IMG/VR virus record: IMGVR_UViG_3300027749_002876
Location: 434,001-498,000 of that record
DNA length: 64,000 bases
Reading direction: 5' to 3' (one strand)
Positions 47,928 through 56,958 of this stretch are shown one piece after another. The stretch's first letter is position 1. Each line of letters opens with the position of its first letter. A program made the position numbers and the translations under genes. The notes under the pieces are model-generated. The model was not told the origin of the DNA, ran no database searches, and saw only the letters and a program-made list of their open reading frames with translations.

Positions 47928-48664
47928 ACAATAACCTTCACACGATTAAGTTGGGTACTATTGTCTCTATAACCTTTAACAGTACCATAAATGTCATACA
48001 TCTTTCCTACGTCTAATTCACTCTTGTAAGCAAAGAATACAACTTGGTCATCACTAGTGATACCAGTAATAAAATTTACATTGTAAGTTTGCGAATATGC
48101 CGATCTTAATACTTCAACACTCGTTGATATTTTATTACCAACTTGACCAATAAAACCACCAGTAGAAAAGTTAATACGCTGGTCTACTGTTTGACGTTTT
48201 ACACCACGCTCATAGCAACTTGGCAAACTTGCAATTACTGCCAAATCATAAGTACCAGTGATAACCTCACGATTGGCAATCAACATAGCATTGTTATCAA
48301 ACTCACTTAGTTGTTTACCTTGTAGTATTTTGAAAGTAAATGCCTGATAGAAAGCACGAACCTTTTTACCCTGTTCACGGTCTTCGTCAGTAATCAATGT
48401 AGTATCAACCAACAAACTTTCAACAATCTGACGATTGGATAGTTTGTTTTGGCTCTTGTCGTCCTCGGTCAATACACTCAGTTTAACATACGCACCATTT
48501 GTACGTTGTGCCTGACAGGCCGCGGCCCATACATCATCGGCATTAAGATTCAACACAACTTTTTTAGTGTTAGACCTTGCACGATATGGAGTAGTGTCAT
48601 CAGCATGACCCATGCGTTGGATCTGACGACTAGTCATATTTGATACGTTAGCAAATCCGTACAT
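47924..48664 (-). CDS. hypothetical protein with possible C-terminal OB fold
   Basis: 246 aa; AAGGAG RBS; ends TQLNRVKV. Confidence 0.7.
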   Translation of the reverse strand: MYGFANVSNMTSRQIQRMGHADDTTPYRARSNTKKVVLNLNADDVWAAACQAQRTNGAYVKLSVLTEDDKSQNKLSNRQIVESLLVDTTLITDEDREQGKKVRAFYQAFTFKILQGKQLSEFDNNAMLIANREVITGTYDLAVIASLPSCYERGVKRQTVDQRINFSTGGFIGQVGNKISTSVEVLRSAYSQTYNVNFITGITSDDQVVFFAYKSELDVGKMYDIYGTVKGYRDNSTQLNRVKVIV

Positions 48665-48674
48665 AATTGTCTCC

Positions 48675-48932
48675 TTAAACGAATTCGTAAAACTTAACAG
48701 ATGGGTCTAACTTTTGCAATTCTTTAGCCGCCATTGTCAATTCCTTGTAGCGTTTCTGAACCAGACTACGGGGCAGTTCACCATCACAAGTCAAATTCTC
48801 GGGACTCAAATCACTATCGATTGAATCGGCAATCTTTTGACGGTCAGTAGCATTGTCTAATGTAAGTTCTTTGGCACCAAAGATTGTAGCGTAAGCGTTC
48901 TTGCGAACCAGATATGTTTTTAATGCTGACAT
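48675..48932 (-). CDS. hypothetical early protein
   Basis: 85 aa; LSPENLTCDGEL; own promoter copy. Confidence 0.75.
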   Translation of the reverse strand: MSALKTYLVRKNAYATIFGAKELTLDNATDRQKIADSIDSDLSPENLTCDGELPRSLVQKRYKELTMAAKELQKLDPSVKFYEFV

Positions 48933-48951
48933 TTTTAACTCCTGTTGTTTA

Positions 48952-48995
48952 ACTGTTTAAGATTCTATTATATACCCAAAACCATTTATTGTCAA
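48952..48995 (-). promoter_or_regulatory. early promoter-leader repeat copy
   Basis: TTGACA 48995-48990, 17 nt, TATAAT 48972-48967. Confidence 0.9.
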
Positions 48996-48999
48996 CCTT

Positions 49000-49224
49000 T
49001 TAGCCACGAATTTCAAATGCAAATTCAGTGCCGGATCTAGTGACATAAATCTTACGGCCATAGACCGTGATATAACCCCACTCACCGTCTTGGTAAATGT
49101 CGTGCGGGTCCTTTTCAATAGTGACATTACGGACTATTTCACAGAAACCATTGCGCCATGTAGGCAGTTTCTGCTTAAAATACTTATCGTTGTCACGTTG
49201 AACAATGAAGATTTTTGATTTCAT
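49000..49224 (-). CDS. hypothetical early protein, probably leaderless
   Basis: ATG 49224 lies 6 nt after TATAAT 49236-49231 (TTGACA 49259-49254). Confidence 0.7.
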   Translation of the reverse strand: MKSKIFIVQRDNDKYFKQKLPTWRNGFCEIVRNVTIEKDPHDIYQDGEWGYITVYGRKIYVTRSGTEFAFEIRG

Positions 49225-49255
49225 AAATGTATTATACACCCAAATCCATTTATTG

Positions 49256-49522
49256 TCAAATTTTGTATGAGCAATAACCACGGATTTTGCTTTGCTTATT
49301 GGTAAAACTCTCATTGAATTTTACTTCATAACCCTTGGATTTAAGAGCCGTCATCAGTGTTGACAGGTCACAGTCTTCCTCAAGGAAAGCATTAGTACCA
49401 TTTTGGTAACTGTAAGGGGTGATTTTATCAGCGATACCAAGACTGACCAACTTAGCTTTGGGGAAGCGAGCCCAGGCGTGTCCGGGGTCACCAAATACTT
49501 TGATAGAGATTTTCTTTGTCAT
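49256..49522 (-). CDS. conserved hypothetical early protein
   Basis: DPGHAW, I---I--YSY-----AFLEEDCD. Confidence 0.8.
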   Translation of the reverse strand: MTKKISIKVFGDPGHAWARFPKAKLVSLGIADKITPYSYQNGTNAFLEEDCDLSTLMTALKSKGYEVKFNESFTNKQSKIRGYCSYKI

Positions 49523-49540
49523 TTCATAGTCCTTTATTTA

Positions 49541-49584
49541 ACTGTCTAAGACTCTATTATAGCACAGTGTCCATTTAATGTCAA
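49541..49584 (-). promoter_or_regulatory. early promoter-leader repeat copy
   Basis: TTGACA 49584-49579, 17 nt, TATAAT 49561-49556, leader AGAGTCTTAGACAGT. Confidence 0.85.
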
Positions 49585-49593
49585 ATTTTAGGT

Positions 49594-49617
49594 AAAAAAA
49601 GCCCCAAAAACAGGGGC
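49594..49617 (-). terminator. intrinsic terminator
   Basis: Minus strand GCCCC-7-GGGGC then UUUUUUU. Confidence 0.75.
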
Positions 49618-49637
49618 ATTTTTATGAACTAAAAGTA

Positions 49638-49907
49638 TTACTTTTTAGTAGTACCTTGGTTTACAAAACCGTACATCTTTTCAGCAGTTTCAAGGATCTT
49701 GTCTAGACCAGGAAACTCTGGCATGTTTACTTTGTTAACAATTTGTCCGGTCTTCTCATCACGTTCGGCACTGACTTCCCAGCCCATGTATTTGGCATGA
49801 TACTCTTGACCTACTAAGTCTTTAGCCATTGATAAAATATCGGTACGAATTTCGTAGCCATTTTTATTGAATTTAACTTCTGGTAGTTTTGGTGTAAAGT
49901 CTGTCAT
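49638..49907 (-). CDS. conserved hypothetical protein
   Basis: NGYEIRTDIL-MAKD; I---AEKMY-FV. Confidence 0.75.
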   Translation of the reverse strand: MTDFTPKLPEVKFNKNGYEIRTDILSMAKDLVGQEYHAKYMGWEVSAERDEKTGQIVNKVNMPEFPGLDKILETAEKMYGFVNQGTTKK

Positions 49908-49930
49908 TTTATTTCCTTAAAAAGTGTGTG

Positions 49931-50032
49931 TTAATTGTAGTTTGTTTTGACTGGAATGTCAACGGGTTTTGGTAATGTACCATGATTAACCCACTCCCAG
50001 TCTTCGTCAGTCATAGGTTGCCATTGATTCAT
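49931..50032 (-). CDS. micro-ORF, 33 aa
   Basis: MNQWQPMTDEDWEWVNHG...; ATGA-coupled. Confidence 0.55.
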   Translation of the reverse strand: MNQWQPMTDEDWEWVNHGTLPKPVDIPVKTNYN

Positions 50033-50127
50033 ATCCAACCTTTAAATTCATTGTCAATGATTGGATGTACTTCCCAACCTTCATTAGCCCATTTGAATAG
50101 CATGATTAGGTCGTTGATACATCTCAT
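50029..50127 (-). CDS. micro-ORF, 32 aa
   Basis: MRCINDLIMLFKWANEGWEVHPII...; ATGA overlaps at both ends. Confidence 0.55.
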   Translation of the reverse strand: MRCINDLIMLFKWANEGWEVHPIIDNEFKGWI

Positions 50128-50207
50128 TTTACTTTGCCCGCTTTGTATACTTTAAAGTCTCGGACTGTTTGTACTATTGATAATAGTAGTTGTTTGATTT
50201 TGTTCAT
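50124..50207 (-). CDS. micro-ORF, 27 aa
   Basis: MNKIKQLLLSIVQTVRDFKVYKAGKVK; ATGA overlaps at both ends. Confidence 0.55.
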   Translation of the reverse strand: MNKIKQLLLSIVQTVRDFKVYKAGKVK

Positions 50208-50398
50208 AGATACCTCTGTTGTGATTTTCTTTCAAATTCATTAGTCAACCGTTCAATATCACCAATATCCTTGGGATTTTTACTATTGATATATTGCTCC
50301 AATTGACTACCATATGATTGGTTAGATAGCAATCCCAATAAAGGAATTGCTATGCCAATCACAGTCATTGTAATGATTGTGAGTAATACTGATATCAT
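50204..50398 (-). CDS. small membrane-anchored protein
   Basis: Start MISVLL 1 nt after the upstream stop; LEQYI-SKNP----DIE. Confidence 0.65.
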   Translation of the reverse strand: MISVLLTIITMTVIGIAIPLLGLLSNQSYGSQLEQYINSKNPKDIGDIERLTNEFERKSQQRYL

Positions 50399-50399
50399 A

Positions 50400-50669
50400 T
50401 TACTTAGATTTTTTTGTATTGAAAGCAGGAACCATTGCTTTGAATTGGTCACTCATTTCTGTGTAGAAATCTTTGCTTGTGAAAATCATACCCAAAGCCA
50501 TCATAGATTGCATTCCTGCATCTGCGGCTTGTTTTGTATATTTTGATTGTGCATCAACAAATGTAATCATTGCTGATTTGATGCCGTCGTGTTGAACTGT
50601 TTGTTCTACGAATTTCTTTTTAAAGTCTGAAACGCCGTCAATAAAGGCGTAAGTTGCTGTGTTAAACAT
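50400..50669 (-). CDS. phasin-like amphipathic helical protein
   Basis: FID-V---KKKFVEQ-V----IK-AM--FVDAQ--YTK pattern; AGGAG RBS; product call tentative. Confidence 0.55.
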   Translation of the reverse strand: MFNTATYAFIDGVSDFKKKFVEQTVQHDGIKSAMITFVDAQSKYTKQAADAGMQSMMALGMIFTSKDFYTEMSDQFKAMVPAFNTKKSK

Positions 50670-50740
50670 TTTATATCTCCTATGTGTGTGTTTAAAATTG
50701 AGTTTTTATGAAGAACTCGTAACTTCATATATATTTATGC

Positions 50741-51046
50741 CTAGTCATATATTTCTCTATATTTCGACATAGCCATTTCTCTAGCCAGAAACAATCTTAA
50801 TTGTACATAATCACTTAATTCCTCATCGTCATGTAAAGACGTTTCAATCTTTAATATGATACGACGGGAATTAACTAATATGTCCTCATCATCAATTAGA
50901 ACCTGATTTGGATCAAGTCCCCAAGTCCTAATTGCTATGAGTCTATATGGATTACTTCTTAGGAGCTTCGGCTTTTTTATCTTCGGCTTTTGCTGGGGCT
51001 GGACTAGCAGGCTTTGCGTCACTTTTAGTGTCTGCCTTGGGAGCAT
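50741..51046 (-). CDS. hypothetical protein (start uncertain)
   Basis: Open frame fills 50741-50950; 5' part overlaps the next gene. Confidence 0.4.
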   Translation of the reverse strand: MLPRQTLKVTQSLLVQPQQKPKIKKPKLLRSNPYRLIAIRTWGLDPNQVLIDDEDILVNSRRIILKIETSLHDDEELSDYVQLRLFLAREMAMSKYREIYD

Positions 51047-51221
51047 CCTTTTTCTTAGCTAATTTCATTTCAGCTTTTGGAGCTTCTGTTTTAGCAGGTG
51101 CAGCCGGTGCTACTGCTGCCGGAGTAGTAGTTGCTGGGGCTGTAGTTGCTTTTGCTGGCTCAGCGGCAAAAGCTGTTGCTACTGATAATGTTGTGATTAG
51201 GGCGATTGCTAATGTTTTCAT
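50952..51221 (-). CDS. secreted Ala/Pro/Lys-rich low-complexity protein
   Basis: Signal peptide ending AFA; PA/AK repeats; AAAGGA RBS. Confidence 0.75.
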   Translation of the reverse strand: MKTLAIALITTLSVATAFAAEPAKATTAPATTTPAAVAPAAPAKTEAPKAEMKLAKKKDAPKADTKSDAKPASPAPAKAEDKKAEAPKK

Positions 51222-51312
51222 TTTAAGTTTCCTTTAAGTTAATGAAGTAGATTTATGTGTCTACATATATATAACGCAGTAGCTATTGATTCCGTTGACA
51301 TAAATACATATT

Positions 51313-51804
51313 ATGTTATATATATCTTATCAAGGAATCTACGATGGCCAAGACTATGAAAGTGCCAATACTCCCAAACAAATAAACAAAGCATTGGGTA
51401 AAGGCTATAGTTGTTTAATAGACGTTTGGAGAGTAGACAACAAATTGTATGTAGGAAATGGTCAACCGTTAATTGAAGTAACCGAGAAATATATACAGGG
51501 TAATAGATTTTGGATTAATGCTGTAAACACTGATATGCAAGATTGGATAGCTACACAATCAAGTACATTGTATCCAAACTACTTTAATTTTGCGGCAAGT
51601 ACCCCGCCCCCACCATATGCTACTGCTAGTAATGGGAAACTGATTACTCCCGGAACTGTACCTATCAATAGTAATAGTGTTATGTTTTTACCAGAGATAA
51701 ACGACCGTAGCTTATATACTATGGTTAAGGTAAAAAGCTACGGAATATGTAGCGGATTTTTAACCCTTATTAAACGTATGCGTAATGAAGGTGTTTGGTA
51801 TTAA
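51313..51804 (+). CDS. degenerate PLC/GDPD-like phosphodiesterase-fold protein
   Basis: ISYQG in place of IAHRG; N-P--I-KAL-KGY---IDVW; TAAATA 6 nt before ATG. Confidence 0.55.
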   Translation: MLYISYQGIYDGQDYESANTPKQINKALGKGYSCLIDVWRVDNKLYVGNGQPLIEVTEKYIQGNRFWINAVNTDMQDWIATQSSTLYPNYFNFAASTPPPPYATASNGKLITPGTVPINSNSVMFLPEINDRSLYTMVKVKSYGICSGFLTLIKRMRNEGVWY

Positions 51805-51965
51805 CCACCACGCCCAGTACGTCTAACTACGCTAGCACCACCAAATCCTTTGCTAGGTTTGGGTGATTTTTGTTCTGTTTTCTTTCCATTAATCATTGGT
51901 GCATTTTTCTTTTTAGCTTCATTGGCTAAATTAATGAATGGATTTGGGTTTTTCTTTTCTGTCAT
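51801..51965 (-). CDS. small basic protein, 54 aa, not in the ORF track
   Basis: MTEKKNPNPF...VRRTGRGG; ATGA-coupled; TTAA stop overlap with the convergent gene. Confidence 0.6.
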   Translation of the reverse strand: MTEKKNPNPFINLANEAKKKNAPMINGKKTEQKSPKPSKGFGGASVVRRTGRGG

Positions 51966-52366
51966 TTTCTTACCTTTATTGAATCTAAGTAACTTACTAT
52001 ATCACCATATAGTTCAATCATCATAGCAATTTTGCTATCATATAATCTTATGTATGGTTTCTTTTTCTTACCTTCAATCTTATTTACACCCAAGTAGAAG
52101 GGGCATTTGATTTTTTTATTAATCTCCATAACATAAGCATGTTCACTAGTTCCCTCTCTAAGTTTAAAATCAGATTGATAATATTCAATCTCTGCCATTC
52201 TAAAAATGAAATCTCCATATTCTGTTAGTCGTAATCCATCTTGTCTACCACTGATCCATATACGCATCATTAAATTATCCGCAGTGGAATCAATGCTTTT
52301 ATTAGCAGGTAGTTCGGCCAATACGGCTTCGGTTATAATTTGTTTGATTGACTTACGATTAGTCAT
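51962..52366 (-). CDS. conserved hypothetical protein
   Basis: GLRLTE-G...IKCPFYL...LY-SK-AM--ELYGD. Confidence 0.75.
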   Translation of the reverse strand: MTNRKSIKQIITEAVLAELPANKSIDSTADNLMMRIWISGRQDGLRLTEYGDFIFRMAEIEYYQSDFKLREGTSEHAYVMEINKKIKCPFYLGVNKIEGKKKKPYIRLYDSKIAMMIELYGDIVSYLDSIKVRK

Positions 52367-52652
52367 CTGGATAAACTTTTTGGCCGTTGTTCATAAAAAC
52401 GACACTAAATTTATCAGTTTTGAATTGTGCGTTTAATTTACGACACAGGTTCCTAGCGTGACCAGGATTGCTGAAGCTAGTTTTTTTATATTTTGGAGTT
52501 GCATCCGGATCTTGATAATGTTGGCTTTTTAAATTGATAGGTTGGTTATCATAGAAGACAGCCCAAATTCCTGCAGCCTCAACAATTTGATCGCACTTGT
52601 ATGTATTCTTATCTACGATTTCTAACAAAATCTTTGGTTGTGTCCTAGACAT
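52359..52652 (-). CDS. conserved hypothetical protein
   Basis: MSRTQPKILLE, KYKKTSFSNPGHA-NL. Confidence 0.8.
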   Translation of the reverse strand: MSRTQPKILLEIVDKNTYKCDQIVEAAGIWAVFYDNQPINLKSQHYQDPDATPKYKKTSFSNPGHARNLCRKLNAQFKTDKFSVVFMNNGQKVYPDD

Positions 52653-52846
52653 TAAAATCTACCGCCGTTAATTTCTAGTTGAATAACATTATCATCGGTT
52701 GCTTTTTTGGTATTAAGTAACTCATAATTTTCTGCTATTAACTTAGCTATCTCATCACGCAATGTTCTAGCCTCATCTATGGGCAAAACTAAATTAGTCC
52801 CCTTAGTGGCTGAAACCTTGTCAATGAAACGCTTTATAATAATCAT
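52652..52846 (-). CDS. hypothetical protein
   Basis: 64 aa; TAAATA 4 nt before ATG. Confidence 0.7.
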   Translation of the reverse strand: MIIIKRFIDKVSATKGTNLVLPIDEARTLRDEIAKLIAENYELLNTKKATDDNVIQLEINGGRF

Positions 52847-53310
52847 ACATTATTTATCAAGGCCTCAGCTTCTTCTTCAGTTTTAAACGGACCTTGATAC
52901 TGATAACGCTGGATAAAGATGTATTTAGGGCAAAAAATTGATTTTTCTTCACTACCTTGCTTAAATGTGTACCATCCTGCGGCATGATAGCACTTACTTT
53001 TGGGAGTTTTAGTAAACAAATGTAATTTGCGTTTGATATCTAATACTGAATTATATACCTTATTTGTTGTGGGATATTCATTGAATGGTACTTCTTTCTT
53101 ATCACTACTAAATTTACTGAAGGTTAGAAATTCAATATTTGCTATTTTTTTAATAGTTTTTGTATTTTTGTAATGTGTTTTATTTCCGTTAAGTTTTACC
53201 TCAAATCCAGATCCATCAGCAAGTACATTGCCGACTTTCTCTGTACCATCAGTAACAATCCAGAATTGATTTTTAACTACAGGTTTTGCAATTAATGTTT
53301 TATTAGTCAT
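52843..53310 (-). CDS. conserved hypothetical protein
   Basis: AKPVVKNQFWI, FCPKYIFIQRY-Y-GPFKT. Confidence 0.75.
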   Translation of the reverse strand: MTNKTLIAKPVVKNQFWIVTDGTEKVGNVLADGSGFEVKLNGNKTHYKNTKTIKKIANIEFLTFSKFSSDKKEVPFNEYPTTNKVYNSVLDIKRKLHLFTKTPKSKCYHAAGWYTFKQGSEEKSIFCPKYIFIQRYQYQGPFKTEEEAEALINNV

Positions 53311-53585
53311 TTTTTTCTTTTCTTTGTTTCAGGTTCATCGTCAAAATTTGTTAATCGTGTGACACCCTTATGCGTACATATTAACACATTTGTATATCTA
53401 TTGTCAACCTTTAAAGGTAAATCTAAATGAATATGTAATTCAGGACCTCGAACTTCACTAATTACAGTATCATTGCCCACACTACCTATCCAACGTATTT
53501 TACCATACATCCCGGTCACTCTAGCCATAAATTCATATTTAGGCTTATATCTATGTTGTTCGAAATATTCAGCTAGACTTGCCAT
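53307..53585 (-). CDS. hypothetical protein
   Basis: 92 aa in a coupled run. Confidence 0.7.
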   Translation of the reverse strand: MASLAEYFEQHRYKPKYEFMARVTGMYGKIRWIGSVGNDTVISEVRGPELHIHLDLPLKVDNRYTNVLICTHKGVTRLTNFDDEPETKKRKK

Positions 53586-53769
53586 TTTTTAATTCCATAA
53601 CAGGTGCAATATTATTATCAAAAATCTGAGCCATTGTCTTATACAATCCTTTACGCTCGTCCGGCGTCATTCCTGCTACCCAGGGAGGACCATTTGGATC
53701 TTTATCTAATCCATAATCATGTCGATATGTATAACACATATCAGTAATGACTTCTTCCCGTGATTTCAT
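53569..53769 (-). CDS. hypothetical protein
   Basis: 66 aa in a coupled run. Confidence 0.7.
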   Translation of the reverse strand: MKSREEVITDMCYTYRHDYGLDKDPNGPPWVAGMTPDERKGLYKTMAQIFDNNIAPVMELKNGKSS

Positions 53770-53966
53770 TATAGTTGAAACTTTTTCAAGTACTCTTTAG
53801 CCAAATTATAATCTTCTACAACTGGCTCATCTAACATTTTTCTGTATTCAATAATGATTTCCATAGCATAGGCCTGATCCTCATCTTCTAATGAGTACCA
53901 CCACTCTTGTAATTCTTCCGGTGTTTTGTTTAAAATATATTGTAAGTTGTTGTAATCTCTACTCAT
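53769..53966 (-). CDS. hypothetical protein
   Basis: 65 aa; AGGAG RBS. Confidence 0.7.
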   Translation of the reverse strand: MSRDYNNLQYILNKTPEELQEWWYSLEDEDQAYAMEIIIEYRKMLDEPVVEDYNLAKEYLKKFQL

Positions 53967-53975
53967 ATTATTCTC

Positions 53976-54170
53976 CTAGTTTTCCCAAGTTTCAAATCCA
54001 AAATGTTTTTTAATCAAATCATTAGCCTTGTACGGTTCTGCATTATCAGCAATATCAGCACATTCCTTGACAATTAACTCGGCTAACTTTCCTACATTGT
54101 CAACATTCATCCATTTGCCACTAACGTCGGTTCCCACTTGTGTAATCAATTCTTTAATTCGTTCACTCAT
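53976..54170 (-). CDS. FAELIV-family small protein
   Basis: ERIKEL...KLAELIVKECADIA...IKKHFG. Confidence 0.7.
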   Translation of the reverse strand: MSERIKELITQVGTDVSGKWMNVDNVGKLAELIVKECADIADNAEPYKANDLIKKHFGFETWEN

Positions 54171-55168
54171 ACTAAACTTCCCTTATATGGACTGTTCAAC
54201 CATTTCGAATATATTTCCGCTTGTGCGCTAATTTTTTGTAAATCATACTTGCCACAGAATTTTAGAAAGTGTAGACCCACTTGAGGAATAGTCTCAACTC
54301 GGACACTTTCACGAATACGTTGATCCACAGCATCTTTAATTTCTTGGGGCTGTGCAGTCAAGTCAATGAGGGTTTTGTTGCGCTCAAATGCATCTTTAAC
54401 TCGCACCTCAACATTATTGTGATCGACAAAACGTTGCAACATAAAATTATTATAATTAAAGCCCATTTTATTTCGATCCTCAAATGCTTCACGAATACCA
54501 ACTTTATTCTTAGTGCCTTTTTCTCTGGCCCCGGGGTACGCCGCAAATACGTTGTCGCTTGAATCACCTCTGACCAATTTTTTAAATAATCCGTACTCGG
54601 GATCTTCTAAGAGTTTTGGTTCTTTAGTTTTCTTATCAATGACTGGTTTACCATTTTCTTTGAGATATCCATTAGTAGTTACAAGTTCATTGCCTACGCC
54701 ATTATATCTAGAAACTTTGTCTGTAATGAGTTGGTCGTAATCCGTGTCTGTGGAAATTATGTAGTGCCGATCTGATGGATGCAATGCGATGAAGCGGGCA
54801 ATCATGTCATCTGCCTCAGCACGTTCGTGTCGCAGGACACTTACGTTGGTCTTGGATTGAATGTATTCTGTAAATTTTGAATACGTGTCCCAAAACATTT
54901 TTGATTCTTCAGCCTCTTCCTCAGTAATAGACATAGCATCTACTACACGATTTTTTTTATATGGAGCATATAAATCTTTGCGAAAGCTACGGCCTTCGAG
55001 ACAGAAAACGCAGTGGTCAATTCCAAAACGTTTTACTGCTTGATTCACACTTGCTAGTGTAAGGTGCAAGGCCATGCCTATCTTCTCTTCCAAGGTACTA
55101 GAACGTGATGCCACGTGTCTAGCACGGAAGAAAGTATTTGCAGTATCGATGAGAGCGTATTTTGTCAT
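54167..55168 (-). CDS. rnh: T4 RNase H-like 5'-3' exonuclease (FEN family)
   Basis: LIDTAN-FFR, EADDMIA, ISTDTDYDQL, GDSSDNV; TTGACA-17-TATAAT (55203-55175) ends 6 nt before ATG. Confidence 0.9.
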   Translation of the reverse strand: MTKYALIDTANTFFRARHVASRSSTLEEKIGMALHLTLASVNQAVKRFGIDHCVFCLEGRSFRKDLYAPYKKNRVVDAMSITEEEAEESKMFWDTYSKFTEYIQSKTNVSVLRHERAEADDMIARFIALHPSDRHYIISTDTDYDQLITDKVSRYNGVGNELVTTNGYLKENGKPVIDKKTKEPKLLEDPEYGLFKKLVRGDSSDNVFAAYPGAREKGTKNKVGIREAFEDRNKMGFNYNNFMLQRFVDHNNVEVRVKDAFERNKTLIDLTAQPQEIKDAVDQRIRESVRVETIPQVGLHFLKFCGKYDLQKISAQAEIYSKWLNSPYKGSLV

Positions 55169-55206
55169 GTGTCTATTATATACTACTATTTAGATGTTGT
55201 CAAGAT

Positions 55207-55638
55207 TTAAAACCCTTCAAGATACTTTTCTGGGTGCTTTAATGCGGTCTTCATAAAATCTTTAAGATTTGGTGTCTCTCTGGTTAATGGTAAATGTTTC
55301 TTTTTAACAATGAAGATACCAGGAATACGTGCGATTTTAGAACGATAATATTCTTCTAAAATATCCACTGTAATTCCAGTGTCCTTTATGCTAATGTATT
55401 CTGTGCGGTTGTAACCATTGAATTTAGAAAAGTGTTTTTTGAAGTAAGCTTTTCCATCTTCTTCTAGAGTACGAATCTTACCCTCAAGCCCGGGCCGTGC
55501 GATACATGCAAAGTGAATGATAACTTGATTACCTCCTTTTGAATATCCACCGATACGAGAACCAAAATCCTCTGTAATCCCGGGCTTTGAGTACAATTCT
55601 TTACCCTGCACTTCAGCAATGTAAAGTCCCTGTGTCAT
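55207..55638 (-). CDS. GIY-YIG-like nuclease-fold protein
   Basis: GLYIAE-----YSKPGIT-DF-SRI--Y; LEE later; TAATG-coupled to upstream gene. Confidence 0.55.
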   Translation of the reverse strand: MTQGLYIAEVQGKELYSKPGITEDFGSRIGGYSKGGNQVIIHFACIARPGLEGKIRTLEEDGKAYFKKHFSKFNGYNRTEYISIKDTGITVDILEEYYRSKIARIPGIFIVKKKHLPLTRETPNLKDFMKTALKHPEKYLEGF

Positions 55639-56939
55639 TATCCCACCAAATCTTGTGTTTCTTGGGGTAATGCATCAAACAATGTATAATCATTATCATC
55701 GTAGTCTTCCAAGAATGTCCTAGATATATTCTTAAATGTACCACCGTGTTTGTAATATATTTGCAATAACAGTGCTAAAGATGCATCAGCAGGTGTACTT
55801 GGTATCTTCTCATCTGGATTAGATTCCTTGTGCCAAGTTCTGAACGTGCCTTCAGCAAGTCGACGGAACTCTGCCGGAGAACCTGAAATGTTACGAATGA
55901 TATTACCTAATGACATTACAAATTCTTTAATATCTTTTGATTTCAAAGACTTGTTACCTTTGATTTTATTACGCAAGTTAATCATAGGAATAACTTCAAT
56001 AGAGTCAACACTCCGATAGTCCCAATTCCACTGATGAATTTGACACCACCAGTGTACTTCTTCGTCTGTCAAGTCTTTTAACAAGTCAACACGAACAAAC
56101 GCACCCGGCAAATCTTTATTGTCATCATCTTCTTCATGTACCGGGACAATGCCATATGATTCCATGATAATCTGTTTAGCAAATGCTTCTTCGTATAATT
56201 CCTTAGTAACAGTATTTGGATTGTCTTGTCGCTTACACAAAACATAGTTCTTCCATTTATCAAAGTAAACCAGTCTACGCTTGTCCTCGCCGTTAATACC
56301 CAAGAAGTGTTCACGTGCAAAAGTAAAATTGTGAAACTCAATCACTTGACATTTGATTTCAACATCAAGCCAATTGTCAGCAGAAATACCATCATCAGCA
56401 AAGTGACCCCATTTAGACAATACACCATATGATACTGCGGTATGTTGACCGTCAATGATGTAGTAATGATATTTGTTTTTAACTTTGATTTTAAGAATGT
56501 TAACGTATTGCACTTTCTTGGGATCAAAGTTCTCTACGATTTTCTTAATGTGACCATGAATTAATGGACGTTGAACAGCAAGTGCGCTCAACAACTCACG
56601 CAATGGTATTGCTTCATAGTACGGTAAATTCTTGTAAGAAACTACCTTCTTACTTGTATTACGTTTTGCAATACCTGAAAGTTTATCATTCATAAATCCT
56701 TCAACCAATGCTTCAACAGTTTTAGCATCATGTTCATTGGGCTTCTTATCTAAAACGTTTACAGCACGTTCAGATGGGCTAATTGTATGGATATCTGCAT
56801 CATCAAATGCAAACAAATCAATCGGTGTAGTGAGAATAGCCTTCATAAGTGCCTTTTTTACTTTCTTTGCGCTAGGTTTTCTTACTGGATCTTCTTTCGA
56901 AAGTTTTGCAGATTGTGTTTTTTTAGCTATAGTTACCAT
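55638..56939 (-). CDS. ParB/Srx-like domain protein (DGQH motif)
   Basis: VQRPL---HIKKI--NFD...YIIDGQHT. Confidence 0.7.
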   Translation of the reverse strand: MVTIAKKTQSAKLSKEDPVRKPSAKKVKKALMKAILTTPIDLFAFDDADIHTISPSERAVNVLDKKPNEHDAKTVEALVEGFMNDKLSGIAKRNTSKKVVSYKNLPYYEAIPLRELLSALAVQRPLIHGHIKKIVENFDPKKVQYVNILKIKVKNKYHYYIIDGQHTAVSYGVLSKWGHFADDGISADNWLDVEIKCQVIEFHNFTFAREHFLGINGEDKRRLVYFDKWKNYVLCKRQDNPNTVTKELYEEAFAKQIIMESYGIVPVHEEDDDNKDLPGAFVRVDLLKDLTDEEVHWWCQIHQWNWDYRSVDSIEVIPMINLRNKIKGNKSLKSKDIKEFVMSLGNIIRNISGSPAEFRRLAEGTFRTWHKESNPDEKIPSTPADASLALLLQIYYKHGGTFKNISRTFLEDYDDNDYTLFDALPQETQDLVG

Positions 56940-56958
56940 GAAAAATTCCTATGAGTCA

